DNA from: Amoebidium appalachense
Taxonomy: Eukaryota > Protista > Ichthyosporea
DNA length: 64,000 bases
Assembly: GCA_963693365.1 (NCBI GenBank)
Contig: CAVNZM010000016.1
Location: 770,595 to 834,594, forward strand
Direction: 5' to 3'
In this document: positions 1 through 13,800 of the stretch, piece by piece
Position numbering within the stretch: position 1 is the stretch's first letter
How the letters are laid out: each line of letters begins with the position of its first letter
Notes under the pieces: model-generated
Database searches by the model: none
Told to the model about the DNA's origin: nothing
Seen by the model: only the letters and a program-made list of their open reading frames with translations
Made by a program: the position numbers and the translations under genes

Positions 1-624
1 TGGAAACGGAACGGGAGCAGCGGCAAAGGCGTGAATCAGAGCTGGAGAGAGAACTGAGCGAGGTCAAGTGATAACGTTTGGACCTACCGTTAGCCTGTTT
101 GAGGTTTCTCAGGAAGGAAAATGTTCCCAATGAGCGGTTTTTTCCGAACGATGCTGCAGGCTCCCCTCGGTTGACACACAGGGTGTTACAGTGCGAATGG
201 GGGGTGTTGCTGCCGGATTGGCCGGGCCGGTGGGTGTCAGAGAGCAAACGACCAAGACAACCCTGCCCTCTGGCTTCACCTTCCGCCTGCGGTTATACTT
301 CAACGGAAGCACCGAAGACCACAAGAGCCACGTGTCTATTTACTACATTCCCCAGCCTGGGCCCAAATATGACAATCTGCAGTGGCCCTGCAAAAGAAAA
401 ATTAAAGTCACACTTTTGGACCACGGCCCAATTGTCGCCATATGGTTGAACGTATTGACCCAATTGTTCACGACGCTGTTCGAGAGTGGATGGCTCGGGG
501 CCGCCCAGAAGAGGAAATTGTAGAAGGACGGGGCCGGAATAAGTTTATTGCCTCTGCCGAGCTGCAAGGGGCTGGGCAGTATATTGTGGATGATGCCTTG
601 TGGTTCTGGGTGCACATGGATTGA
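1..624 (+). pseudogene. TRAF-like gene 3' end (coiled coil + MATH/TRAF-C domain), disrupted; 5' part lies outside the window
   Basis: Frame 3 from nt 3 reads ETEREQRQRRESELERELSEVK, then TGA TAA (69-74). It continues ..HRVLQ, shifts at ~192 into RMGGV..GFTFRLRLYFNGSTEDHKSHVSIYYIPQPGPKYDNLQWPCKRKIKVTLLDHG, and shifts again at ~430 into [31 protein letters not shown]. Motifs RLYxNG, HxSxY, YDxLxWP, KVTLLD and YIxDD are characteristic of TRAF MATH domains. Confidence 0.8.
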
Positions 625-910
625 GATAGGAGACGGTAGGGCACTGCCCGTGTACATTGCGAACCCGCCGTGGTGCACAGGCTTACTGTGGCGCATGCAC
701 ATGCACATGCACATGCACATGCACATACACACACACACACACACACACAACACACACACACACAACACACACACAACACACACACACACACACACACACG
801 CACGCACGCACACACAAACACACGCACGCACTCACGCACGCACACACGCACATGCACACGCACGCACACACACACACGCACACGCACACACACGCGCGCA
901 CACACACACG

Positions 911-945
<35 letters not shown>

Positions 946-1516
946 TTACGAGGTTTTAAGTTGTTTCGCGGTTGGTTGCGACTTTGCGAATAGAAATGAT
1001 TGGCGGCAGTAAATCGAAAATTAATTCCGTGTGCTATAAAATAAAAGAAAAATAAAGAACCTTTCCTTTGTTGCGCTATTGCATTATCTGGCGGTAAAAC
1101 CTGGCAAGACGTTTATGGAAAAACTAAACGGAGACAAAGGGACAGTAAAAAATTTAAACCCAGATTAAAAAACAAGAAAAGAATCCTAAGATTCGAACCA
1201 TGATAAAACTCGTAGGCATGTGTGCACAACAGAAATTTGTTAATTTCAAGAGTACATGACCCTCGTCCAATCGCTTTGTTGTTTGTGCCGCCGTATGGAA
1301 TCAGCTTTCCATTTATGTAAATATTGCCAAGATCCGGAGCATCCAGGTGTCTGTGAGGGGGGTTCAAACGGCCAACGGCTATAATTCCCCAGGAAAAGCA
1401 TTTCTCAGGATATAAACAGTCCATGAATCCGATGTATCCCCCTGTCTGTAGGCGGGGGGGGGGGGTCCATCACTTGAAATTTAACCCAGCAAAAGGTCTC
1501 ATCTAGCAAACAGTGC

Positions 1517-3856
1517 CTAAATGCGGAGCATCCACGTGTCTGTGAGGGGGGTTCCAACGTCTGAAATTCCGCCCGCAAGTATGACGGTAGTGCCCCCATC
1601 CATGCTGCAGGCATGCCCCCAGTAGCGTGCCGGTGGGTGGGGGTCTAAAGTCCCTGTAATTTACGTGTGTGCGTGTGTTTGGGGGGGGGAAGGGGGGGGG
1701 GGGGGGGGGGGATGTGTGGGTGGGTGGGTGGGTGGATGTGTGGATGAGTGGGTGGGTGTGCATGGGTGGGTGTGGGCGGGTGGGTATGTGGGTGGGTGCG
1801 CGCACGCACGCGTGTGTGTAATTTAAGTGTGTGTGTGTGCGTGTTTCACATGCATGTGTGTGCAACTGTGTAGGTGTGTATATGTGCCTGTCTGCGTGTC
1901 GTACGTACGTATGTGGGTGTGCTGGGGGGGGGGGGGGGTAATGTGTTGTTGGTTTTTGTCTGTAGAAGGGAACAACTGTTGCGTGTACGTATTCCAACCC
2001 ATGTATATATCTTCATGCGTGTACAGTATCGTGCGAGCGCGCACGCGCTTACACACACACGCACGCACCTCTATATGTGCCTCATTCACTCTATTACGGT
2101 ATACACAAACCAAACATTATGTTAGCGCATACATGTTCATGTGTCTAGATAGATGGACGGGACCAGACCTCCATTTGGCCGGGTGAAGAGGAGGGGCCGG
2201 AAGGGGAAAAGGGGGGGGGGGGGGGGGGGGGGGATAGGTATAGACGGGGAGGGGGATGAAATGTGGAATGCTTGCCATGCTGTTGTTATTTGTTTTTTGT
2301 TTTATTACATGTTTTCCCTGAACCTGAGATGTCAGTGCCAGGGGAATTGGGGGGGGGGGGGAGGGGGGGGGGGGGGGGGGGGGAGCATGAAGAGGATGGG
2401 GATATACGGGGTGGGGGGAGTGATCGCGAGTTTTGGGCAAGAATATACCAATTGTATTTAGTCCGAGGCCTATGAATAGAGCACTGTTGCAAAAAACACG
2501 TGTGTACCTGTGTGTGTGTTGGAGGGGGAGGGAGGGGGGGAGCAAGTGGTGTGTGTGTGTATGTTTTCACGGCCATGGGAATCTGTGTGTGTTTGTGTGC
2601 ATTTGTGTGAGTGTGTTTTCTTGGGGGGGGGGGGGGGGGGGGGGGGGGGTTAGAGGAATCGAATCCACATACCAGTTTCTACGGGGACATCCCACCTTCC
2701 CCCCTCCACATCCAACACCGCAAATTCATCCGTGCACACACCAAACCCCCCCTCACCAAGACCCCCCCCTTCCCCTGCATCGACCTCTGTGCCCAGCCCC
2801 GACCCTGACGAACGACCCCCCTCCATGAAAATTGCACGCCTGTGGGTGGTTGGAAATGGGGTAGTGTGAAGTTTTTAGTCAAACAAGAGCGTTATATAGC
2901 TATGAATATTTGCTTTTGCTGGAGTGTTTTACCTACAAAAGCAATAGGTTTTTTAGAGCCTTTTTTTCGTGTATCTATATATTTTCCCATGCCAAACACA
3001 TTAGAATTCTGGTGACGACTCAACCCTACGTTTCAAGTATGTGGACTGCGCAGGCACGTTTTTCATTTGTGGTAACTACACACACACACACATTCCATTT
3101 ATGGTAACTGCACACACCCACCTTCCATTTATGTTAACTGCAGACACACCTTCCATCTATAGTAACTGGGCCTACCCGACTACCATTTATAGCGCCACCT
3201 TCCATCTAAAGTTATAGTGCACACCCACCTTCCATTTATGGTAATAGTGCACACCCACCTTCCATTTATGGTAATAGTGCACACCCACCTTCCAGTTATG
3301 GTAATAGTGCACACCCACCTTCCATTTATGGTAATAGTGACACCCACCTTCCAGTTATGGTAATAGTGCACACCAACCTTCCATTTATGGTAACTGGGCA
3401 CACTGCGGGGGCACTGCGAGGGTAAGGCATCTGGCCCCCAGCTTCGATCCGCACCCATTGGTTCTTATGCACCCGCTCCTGCTCCTGCCATATATGGGTG
3501 TAGAGTTACCATATATGGACATAGAGTTGCTATAAATGGGCATAGAATTACCATAATTGGGCACAGAGTTGCTATACATGGACGCAGAATAACCACATAT
3601 GGGCACACAAATACCATGAATGGCTCACAATTACCATAAATGGGCACAAGTTCACGTATAAGGGCACAATGAACTGCGAACGGGCACATAGCACTATGTA
3701 TTGGTATAGAAAACTATACATGGGCACGGAATTACCGTATATGGGTATGTAGTTGCCAAAATGGGCGTGCTGTTAACATATATGGTATATTGGCATATAT
3801 CATGTATGGGGATGCCCAAGCAGAAGAAAAGCCAATTATGGAGTTGTGCGGTTTTG

Positions 3857-3888
<32 letters not shown>

Positions 3889-3958
3889 TTCCCCCCCCTC
3901 TTCACCATCACCACCCCCACCCCACCCCCAGCACCACCAGCACCATAAACACAAACAC

Positions 3959-4050
<92 letters not shown>

Positions 4051-4506
4051 CTTCCATCCAACCACCATCATCTGGCACACACACTGTCAGAATAAGTTGT
4101 CAAAGAGAATTCAACACACACAGTGTTTTTTCCTTAGATGCCGCCTTAGGTTTCAATGGGGGTCGGTGGGTGGGTGGGTGGGTGGGGGGCAAAGATGCGG
4201 ACAACAAGAGAAATAAGGAACCGATAGTGTGCCCTATTTGCCAATTTACTGCACACACCCATTTTGGGCTTCCTATTAGTGACTTTATTTTTATAGCTCT
4301 TTTCATTTTAAAGCCCCGTTCCCATTGGGTGCCTACCGTGGTTGGGTAGTGTTTGTGCTGCCAAATGTCACAGAGGGGTGCCTTGCCATCACAGCCGTAA
4401 AGAATGAAAATGTCCGTGTGGGGTCCCTCCCATGCACACATCTGTGTGCGTACATGTGTGTGTGTGGGGGGGGGGAGGGGGGGGGGGGGGGGGGGGGGAG
4501 GAAGGA

Positions 4507-4539
<33 letters not shown>

Positions 4540-4582
4540 GTGTATGTCGGTGGTGGGTGGCTGGGTAGGTGGGTGGGTGTTG

Positions 4583-4655
<73 letters not shown>

Positions 4656-4689
4656 GGGGGGGAGGGGGGGGGGGGGGGGGGGGGGGGGG

Positions 4690-4742
<53 letters not shown>

Positions 4743-4780
4743 GGGGGGGGGGGGGGGGGGAGGGGCGGGGGGGGGGGGGG

Positions 4781-4833
<53 letters not shown>

Positions 4834-6052
4834 CGCGTGCGTGCGCGCGCACGCGCACGTGTATGTATTTTTTGTGTGTGTATATGAGCGTGTATGGATG
4901 CGAAGCACTCGTTTCTGTACAATGTGCATGGTTTTGGTGGATAGACAGGTAGCTGTGTGAGTGTTATCCCACATTCTCCTCCTTCCCCCCTCCTCCCCCC
5001 TCCCCCTGCCTTCGCCCATCCCAAAGCACCCCCTTTCCCTCCCCCTCCTACCTACTTCCCCCCTCTCCCCCCTCTACCCACCCACATTTATGGTTCATGT
5101 TCGCCCTCGCACGAACTCGAGCTCACACAACCATGCACTCACACACACTCGCACAAGCACGCTCTCTCCCTTTCACGTATCATAGTTTTCAACTCTTTTA
5201 CACTCTTTTTCAAAAAACCCCAAAAGAGTGTGGAGATGATTGCTTGTGTGTGTATGTCAGTGTGTTGGAGTCCAGGGGCGGGCAGGCGGAGGGGAGAAGG
5301 GGGGGGGGAGGGGGGGGGGGGGGGAGGGAGGGGGGGGGGGGGGGGAGGAGGAGATGGAATCATATGGAACCAGATGGAATCAGAGAGAAAGCACTAGAAC
5401 ACCCACCCCTGCCCCATATCTCCCCATCGGCAACCCCACTGCCCGTGACGTCACCTCCGAGATTGGAATGTGTGCCGAAAGGCACCGCCACGTGCATGTG
5501 GGGGGGTCGTATGCCCACAGGTCATTTTGCGGCCCCCCTTCTGTGGAATTTCCACCGAAAATGTAGAAGAACCCCCCCCGAGGCACACATGCTGTGGTGG
5601 CTGCGCGCTTTGGGGCCGGGGCCGAGAGTCTCTACTTGCTCCCTGTGGGTGCGTTTTTTTTTCAGCTTCTTTTTATTTGTTTTCTTCCCCCCCCCCCCCC
5701 CTTTTTTTTGCGCATTTCTTTGGACATGGGCGAGCCAGGGGTGGGTTGGGGTGTTTTGGATGATGTTCGGAAGGTGTTTATGGGATCTCTTTCGATAGCG
5801 GCTACCAGGAATAAGAGATTTATGAAAATTGTTCCAAAAAAGAAAAGGAGAAAGAAAACACGCCGAGGGGGCGAGGGGGGAGTGGGGAGGGGGGGGGGGG
5901 GGGGGGAGGAGGGGGGGAAGAGGAAAAAGAAAAAGAAAATGGAGAGAAGAAAGAAGGAAGAAAAGCAAAAATCACGTGGAGGGCACCTGAACGAAAATTA
6001 ACGAGGATAATCTTATTCATGAATTTCCGGGAAGGCCCCCCGGCCACCGGGC

Positions 6053-6083
<31 letters not shown>

Positions 6084-6439
6084 GTTACCAAGTCAAAGAT
6101 GGTGTGTCAAGTTTCCACAAGGTGTCCACACAGGTGGGGGTTTTTGCAACTTCAGGGTGTTGAGCCCCACCAAACACAAAAATACTGCCACCGAGAGATG
6201 TGCAGCCGCTGCCAAGGAGGGAAATTGCAGGTGTGCCTTCTGAGGAATCACTCAATATCAGTGGGGACTTTAAAGAACACGTGGTAGATTATGAAGTAAC
6301 GTCATAGATCATTAAAAACACAGGACAGATCATTAAAAATTGAACACATGTTTTACTAATTGAAAACACAAGCCAGATCCGAAGTAAAGAGCACGTAAAA
6401 TATCATTCAACCTTTCTTTTGAGTGGTGCTGGTGTGTGT

Positions 6440-6470
<31 letters not shown>

Positions 6471-6560
6471 GGGGGGGGGGTTGATATATAGGCAGTGCAA
6501 TCACTGAAATATGGTGGTAGTGCCTTTGGGTGCCACATTGTGTGTATGTGTGTGTGTGTG

Positions 6561-6651
<91 letters not shown>

Positions 6652-7021
6652 CGTGTGTGCGTATGTATGCGCGTATGTGTGTGCGCGCACGTGCGCTTGC
6701 TCGTACGTGTGTGTGTGCATGCATGTGCATGTGTATTTGTATTGGCATGTGTATGTGTGCATGTGCATGAGGGGTTGAAGGGTCGAATCACATTCACCCA
6801 CCTGTATCCACCTCCACCCACACCTCCTCGTCTCTATTCATTCTGAATGTCTTCACGGGCCAACCCGATTCGGAAAGTGCCTCCTCTCCTCCGGCCCGGC
6901 CCAGAAGATAACACTCATCCCCCACTGCTGTCAGACCCGAACACACAAACTCCTGACCCGGAATCGACCCGGGAAAATCTCCGAGTCGGGTCCATGTGAA
7001 GGTTCGGGTCGACTCGGACAT
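1517..7021 (-). CDS. Kelch-repeat (beta-propeller) protein, 7 exons
   Basis: Phase-compatible GT-AG exons: 7021-6802 ([26 protein letters not shown]), 6239-6089 (..[20 protein letters not shown]), 5642-5407 ([25 protein letters not shown]), 4441-4337 (IFILYG..DIW), 3484-3378 ([10 protein letters not shown]), 2839-2673 ([16 protein letters not shown]), 1653-1517 ([22 protein letters not shown]). One extra G in a G8 run at 5572-5579 must be discounted. Confidence 0.85.
3085..3395. repeat. ~30-bp tandem repeat (gtaatagtgcacacccaccttccatttatg), about 9-10 copies, spanning the kelch exon-5 donor
   Basis: Near-perfect units at 3211-3395, degenerate units towards 3085. Each unit contains the exon end (CCATAAATGGAAG) plus a GT donor on the minus strand. 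Confidence 0.9.
3490..3790. repeat. Degenerate ~21-bp tandem repeat (agagttaccatatatgggcac-like) abutting the kelch exon-5 acceptor
   Basis: Recurring ..ttaccatatatgggcac.. / ..ttgctataaatgggcat.. motifs at ~21-nt spacing. Confidence 0.7.
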
Positions 7022-7205
7022 GATTGCTTGGTCGTATTGGGTGCTGTTGGGTGGATCGATGAATGGATCTGTAATTTCGTGTTAGGCGGGATCAATATTT
7101 GTAGGACGATATATGTACATGTGTGGTTGGGAGCAGCTATTTAGGAGAAGATGTAAAAGCAGAGCAGAGGGAAAGTTTGCATGCCAAAGCCTAGGGGAAG
7201 AACAA

Positions 7206-7252
<47 letters not shown>

Positions 7253-7476
7253 TCATGGTGTGCATGTGTGTGTGTGTGCGCACATGCGTTCGTGTGTGTG
7301 CATATGTATGTGCTCTGTGTCTACAACGGTCACATCTGGTGTGCCAGTTTGCAAAGCATTATACCTGCATGTGCATGCACGTGCACATCTTCTATGAACA
7401 TCACCCCCCAACCCCCCATCTCCCCGTCGTGTCCGTGCATGCCATGAGTGTTTGTGAGCGTTTGTGTCATGATACA

Positions 7477-7516
<40 letters not shown>

Positions 7517-7828
7517 TTCCTTCCTTTCCGAAGTTCCGGTTTTTCTTTTCTTTCCTTTTTTGTTTCTTTCTTTCTTCCCAGATGCATCCTTTCCGTTTCT
7601 TTTTTTCTTTTCTTTTCCTTTTTTTTTTTGTGTGTGTGTGTGTGTGTGTGGTGGTGGTGGTGGTGGTGGTGGTGGTGGTGGGGGGGGGGGGGGGGGGGGG
7701 GGGGGATGAGAAGAGGTGGAGGGGGCAACGTACACGTGCATATCATGATTTTATACCTCCCTTCCCCCCTCCCCCACAGAGACACACACAAAAAACAACA
7801 CCACCACCACCACCACACACACGGGCGT

Positions 7829-7891
<63 letters not shown>

Positions 7892-9051
7892 CACGTTTTC
7901 ACTTTTCACTCTCACTAACCTTTTAATCACTCTCCGTCCTCACAGACCAAGACAACAGCCAACTGATGAGCCAATTTGGTCACCTTCAACTGAGTGTGAA
8001 CCGTTTTTCTGCTGAGCCCCCACATTTTTCTTTAACTATTTGTTAACATGGCCTCTATTCATTACCTAGTTTATACCAATTCTTTTTTAAAAACCAAACA
8101 TTAAACATACACCACATATACACACACACCCCACAACACACCGGGAAAAGCCGTGGCATATCACACACAAAATACATTTTACATGCAACAATTCCCCTAC
8201 CTAAGTCAGCCTAAGCCAGGGAAAAAACTGGCAAGATACAGTAACTTGCCAAAGCTTTCCACTCCACTTTTCACACGTCTTTTTCTGACCCTCTGACTGC
8301 AAATTCACTAATTGATAAGATTAAATCCCCTCGACTGAAAAAACTTTTCCTTCTTAGTTGTGAAACATTTCGTTTAAAAAAAATGTGCAAAAAGTTTTGT
8401 TCTCCCAACGTCACAGATGACACATGTGCATGTGTGTGTGTGTTACATATGGCATTGCAGGGATCCGGATGTGTGCGTCGTAAGCACAAGCTTACTCGCA
8501 CCAAACTGTTGGAGAGAATTCGCACACACCTGTCAAAAACTGCTCCCGGCTTACGTCTGATTATGGTGCACGTGGCAATGACGTCGACATCAGCACAAAA
8601 AAAAAAAAAAGCTTATTTTTAGCACGTGTTGACGCTGCGATGTGAGCGGGCCGAAATCGGATACTTATGACGCCGTACACACTCGGACACGCACATACAG
8701 GGGCGAACATATGCACATGTCTACACTCAGAGGCACGCGTACGGAGGCACACACACACACACACATACACACACACACACACACACAGGCACACACATGT
8801 GGTATACCGTATGAGCATATATCAGTCAAAGATACGGTCTACACAATGATCACACGATCAGCCTGAGAGGTGGGCCACTTGTGGGCGTGACCTTGGCATG
8901 AGTGTGAGCATAAGGGGAACGTGCAGGATACGCGCACATTCACCTTCCGACGGGGGTGTAGCTCAGCTATTGTATAACAAGATAGTTCACAGTTCCGCCT
9001 CTTCGTACGTCAACGTCGAGCTTTGTTATTGACGTCGTTGGTAACCCAAAT

Positions 9052-10520
9052 ATGGCACCTGTGGACGGGAAACGGGCACACGAAACGGACTCTGATACGG
9101 AAGGTGACGATGACCTTGGCCCTCGTAAGCCGTTCCCTCGTTATGATCTTTAATTACCGTTTGACCCGTGTGTGTATCATCGACAAGGCCATGCTGGCAC
9201 GTGTCGGTGTGAAGTTCCCAGAACCCCTATCCGAGCCGTCCATGCCTGCACCCCAAGACGGAGACAACGGTAAACAGCCTGCAAACTCCCTTGGGGGTGG
9301 CCAGAACCGTGGTCGGGGCCGTGGTGGTCGCAACAACAGCAACCGTGTCCAGCAACCAGCCGGAGGGGGAGCACCACAAGGCAACCCACGGGCCGGGGGC
9401 AACGGCGGTGAGCAACCACCCAACGGGGGGGGGGGGGGGGGGGGAGGGGGGGGGGGTAACAACAACCAAGGACCCCATGATGCCGACCCTGCAGACCCAC
9501 CACCTCATAACAATGGGGGGAACGGTAATGGGAATAACGGCAATTACGGTGGCCAAGGTGACGGGGCCAACAACGGTAACAACGACAACGACGGTAACGG
9601 TAACGGCAACGGTAACGGTAACGGTAACAACGGCAACTGCAACGGGGAAGGCAACGGGGGGGGAGGCAACGGTGGTGGTGGGGGCGGTAACGGCGGCAAT
9701 GGTAACAACAACAACAACAACGACAACCCCTAAGGCCCCGGCATCATCACCAATGCCATGATGACGAATAAGCCTGAATCAGCCGACGACGGTGATTTAT
9801 TCGTAAATGGAACCGGTTCAGTGCCTTACATCGTTTGGCTGAGTTGTTGGACTTCCAGCAACGAAACAGTTTGTCCGGCCTGTGTTTCACCGGCCCCGAC
9901 GGTGACAGTGCCGTGCAGAAAGTCGAACCCTCTCTCCCTCCAAAACAGTTCATCACGGCCGTGAAAGGCCACTATATGAACAAGGCCCGTATTGACCGTT
10001 TTCTGCTTATTACAAATAAGCTCGGAGAATTGAAATTTAACCACAAGTTGGGCAGTGTTTCGACATTGAACGAGAAATTCAATAAGTATCTCTCCAATTG
10101 TGGTGGTATGCCTGAGACCCAAATCTGCTTTGCCTATGCTCGGTGTTTTAGCCATTATCCTGTATTGTGCTCTGTAGCTAACGATAGGACCCATGGCACG
10201 ATGCAAGCCTGTAAGGATGCAGTGCTAAATGCTTATGAGCGAGATGTGCAGGCTAACAACCTGAAATGCACACATGGGCCTAGGGAAGCTATCGATGCAG
10301 TTGACCCATTTCATAAAGGGGGCAACAAACGGCAGCATGAGGGTCAGGGTGGGGGGGAGGGCAATAAGAAGCCCAAGCCCAAGAAGTGCTGGAAATGTCA
10401 ACAGCTAGGGCATGTTAAGTCTGAGTGCCCCAACAAACCCAAAAAGGGTGGGCACGATGATAAGGGTGGCAAGGGTGGTAAGGGTGGCCGTGGGGGCAAT
10501 GGGGGGCAATGGGGGCCGTG
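9052..10520 (+). pseudogene. gag: gag of the gypsy element (G/N-rich N-terminal region, C-terminal zinc knuckle)
   Basis: ATG 9052 (MAPVDGKRAHETDSDTEGDDD). Broken frames join ORF 9023-9733 (Gly/Asn-rich) and ORF 9835-10875 (CCHC knuckle followed by a G/K-rich tail). Confidence 0.75.
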
Positions 10521-10829
10521 GTGCCCCCATCAAAGCCAAATAGGTAAGCGCCGGCACCTTTGCTGGTGCCCTGGGGGAGTCGTTGTTGGCTGGGTCTCAT
10601 ACCCAGCGGATCATCAGCATCATAAACGACTTTCGGAGTATGCAAACGTGCCAAGTGATGCAAAATCCCCCCGCAACCATCCCCCCCTCGATTCTCACAC
10701 TAATGATTCCCGACCAATCAAAAAGCAGAAGAATGAATTTACTAAATGGGAAATTAGTGCACTTTGTAATGCTGGGCAAATATACTACGTCAAAACATCA
10801 CTATACGACGGTGTCTATTATGCTGCTTA

Positions 10830-13800
10830 TGTGCATTACATGATACCATGGAGCCTCACACTCGGTCATGAGTGAAGCTTTGTACCTTAAACATCACAAA
10901 CAGCTGAAACTTTTGCCTTCTAAAGTTGCTGTGAGTTCAGTCCGGAAACAGGATGGTGACTTGTATGTTAAGGGTGAAGTTTTTGTGCCCCTGGGCATCG
11001 ACTCCGAGGAATATGTGTAGAAGTGTCTAGTAATCAGCAATATCAGACACGATCTCATGCTCGGAGCAGATTTCTTTGATCGAAATGTTATGCACACTAA
11101 CCATTCAAAATCATCCCTAAAGATGTTGACGGGGGTTGAGGTGCCGATGGTTAAGTCGAGCACACCATACACCATGTGTGAGGTGACCGTCAAGACCGAT
11201 GAGACCGTCAAGTCTGGCACCGGTCGAGTCCTCACTGCTGTGGTTACTGGTGCTGTGCTTGTGGGTTCTCTTGGTGTCTTCTGGCCGTCAGAAAACTACA
11301 GAGATAAGTTTCCTCCCACTATCTGTGAAATCGGTATGGATAAGAAAATCTCTGTGGTCTGTGAAAATCGGTTTGAGGATATAAACATATACGGGAATGT
11401 GGGTCATTTTCAGCCGACGAGTTCCCAGGAGCACGTATATGAAATACAAAACTTGCAACCTCTTGAAAACCCAGGAATATACGAAACCATAGTAGGATCC
11501 ATCGACGGGTGGATACGTTGGGGGTGGGGGGGGTGGGGACGGGGGTAGCTTTTCAACAGCTACCCCTCCCTCCCGACGGGAACCAGACACTACGACCACA
11601 GCGGCTAATGACAAAGGAAACAGCTGTGATAAAGAACGGGGGCAGTCTAATTATCACAGTGAATATAATCTGTCGGGTGTGAATAATCATGAATATGATT
11701 ATGAATACGGCGATAATCACACCACCCAGGGTGCCTTTGTGCAAGGCATGGGTGCAAATGGCAGTGGTGGTTCGTTTCCGGTAGGTTTCGATTGGAACAA
11801 GGTGCCCACCCATCTGGTAAAGGATGTGGATAGGTTGCTGAAAAGACACAAAAATGTGTTTATTACCGGAGCACCGGGCGAATTTCCTGAAATAAAAGGA
11901 TTTACGATGCAGATAGAAACAGGTGATTATCCTACGGTTAGATTGAAACAGTGGCGATTGGAAGATGTAAAAGAAAAGGCGGCTAAAGAGATAGTAGAGA
12001 ACATGTGCAGGAAAGGTCAGGTGGAACGTGGACATAGTGAATATAATTCACCCACGTTTGTAATACGAAAACCGGACGGTAGTTATCGTTTACTGACTGA
12101 TTTCCGTAATTTGAATGCCCAAATTAGGAAATCTGCCTGGCCAATCCCCAATCTGCAACAACAAATCGAAAGATTGGGGGGATACAAATAGTTTTGTAAA
12201 GCTGATATGTCTGGTGCTTTCTATCAAATTCTATTGGATGCCGATGCCCGGGAGAAAACTGGTTTCTCAGTTGGCAACACCCAATATAAATATTGTGTAG
12301 CCCCACAAGGCTTAAGCACGTTTCCTGCCCAGCTTGCATCTATTATCACACAAGTCTTGGCACCTGTGGCCGATGATGTGGTAATATATGCTGATGATTT
12401 AGCTGTAGGGGCACACACGGAGGCAGAATTAATCCAGAAACTGGACCGTGTATTTTCTCAACTAAAGAAATATACGGTGTTAAGCTGGATGGTAAAAAGA
12501 CATTCATCGGCCTTACTGAAATTCCCTTTTTAGGGTGGTACGTAGGGCAACGTGGAATTAGGCCGGACCCAAAGAAGGTAGAAGCAGTTAAAACTTGGCC
12601 GGTACCGAAAACGTTGCACCAACTACGTGGATTTCTAGGCATGGCATCGTATCTTCAAAGACATATTTTATATTTTGCAGAACGAGCACGGCCTTTGCAT
12701 GCTGAGTTTCATGGTGATAAGCACCGAGTGCAAATGGACTGATGAAATGCAATTGGCCTTCAAAGATTTAAAAAATGCGCTTACAAACGAAGTACTTGCC
12801 TTGCCAGATTTTTCCGAAAATGCAGGTGCTTTCCTTATTCGTTGTGATGCAAAGTAAATTTTCTGAGGGTGCTTGCTTACATCAGAAGCAAGCAGACGGA
12901 ATATTTAGACCTGTGGCATATGCTTCTCGGTTATTTACACCCACGGAACGTAGGTGGAGCAATATCGAGAGGGAGACATATGCTATCCTGTGGGCATTAC
13001 GGGAGTTCATTGTATATGTAAGGAGGAAGGTGAACACCATCGTTGAGAGTGACCACAAACCCTCTTTATCACTGAGAGGTGCAAAACGAATTGCTAACGA
13101 AAGACTGCAACGGTGGGCTCTTGAGATGCAATCTTTCGATTTCACTCTGTATTACCGTCCGGGCCCCACCATGCATGCATGATGCAGACGGTCTCAGTCG
13201 TATTGGCTATATATAGTCGTATTGGCTATATATAGTCGTATTGGCTATATATAGTCGTATTGGCTATATATATTACGAGACCGACAACCGCCCTGTATGG
13301 GACAAAACAATTGAACTTGACCGGGCACTTCAAGCTGACTTATCTGAAATTTCGAATTTACAGGTCGGGATAGCAGAAATTTCAAATTGATTGATCTAAA
13401 AGAGATTTAGCAAAATTAACCGACTTAGAGTGCCCCAGTATATCTGCCTTGGGTGGTGCTGGTATCAACGAGATGCCATACTGAAAGCCCAGCAGGAGGA
13501 TCCCTTGGTTCATGACATTGTGTTGTGGCTTAAGTGGCTGATATCTTTGGATAAACGTGCCCGAACAAAATACGAAGAAAATCGTGGAAAAGGGGCCGAC
13601 AAAGATGCTACTTTTGCCAAACAACTAAATTTCACCACTAGCACTTATCAAAAGGTCAAAACGTTTGGCCAAGATTGTGTGCTAGAAGGTGAGGTGAAGT
13701 GCTGTATAATGTGGCCAAAGATGGTAGACGTCGGTTGTTTGTGCCTGGACTCCTTAGACATGATCTCCTTAAATCCATGCATAATGGGGGAGGGCACACG

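Noticed and set aside
3085-3395. Regular ~30-bp repeats as a CRISPR array (likewise 63000-63826 and 43017-43790)
   Set aside because: No unique spacers, the units derive from host exon/intron junctions, the context is eukaryotic, and there are no cas genes.
8952-8966. GGGGGTGTAGCTCAG resembling a tRNA-Ala 5' end / A box
   Set aside because: No D-arm completion, anticodon arm, T-loop (GTTC) or acceptor-stem partner follows. It may be part of the retroelement leader.
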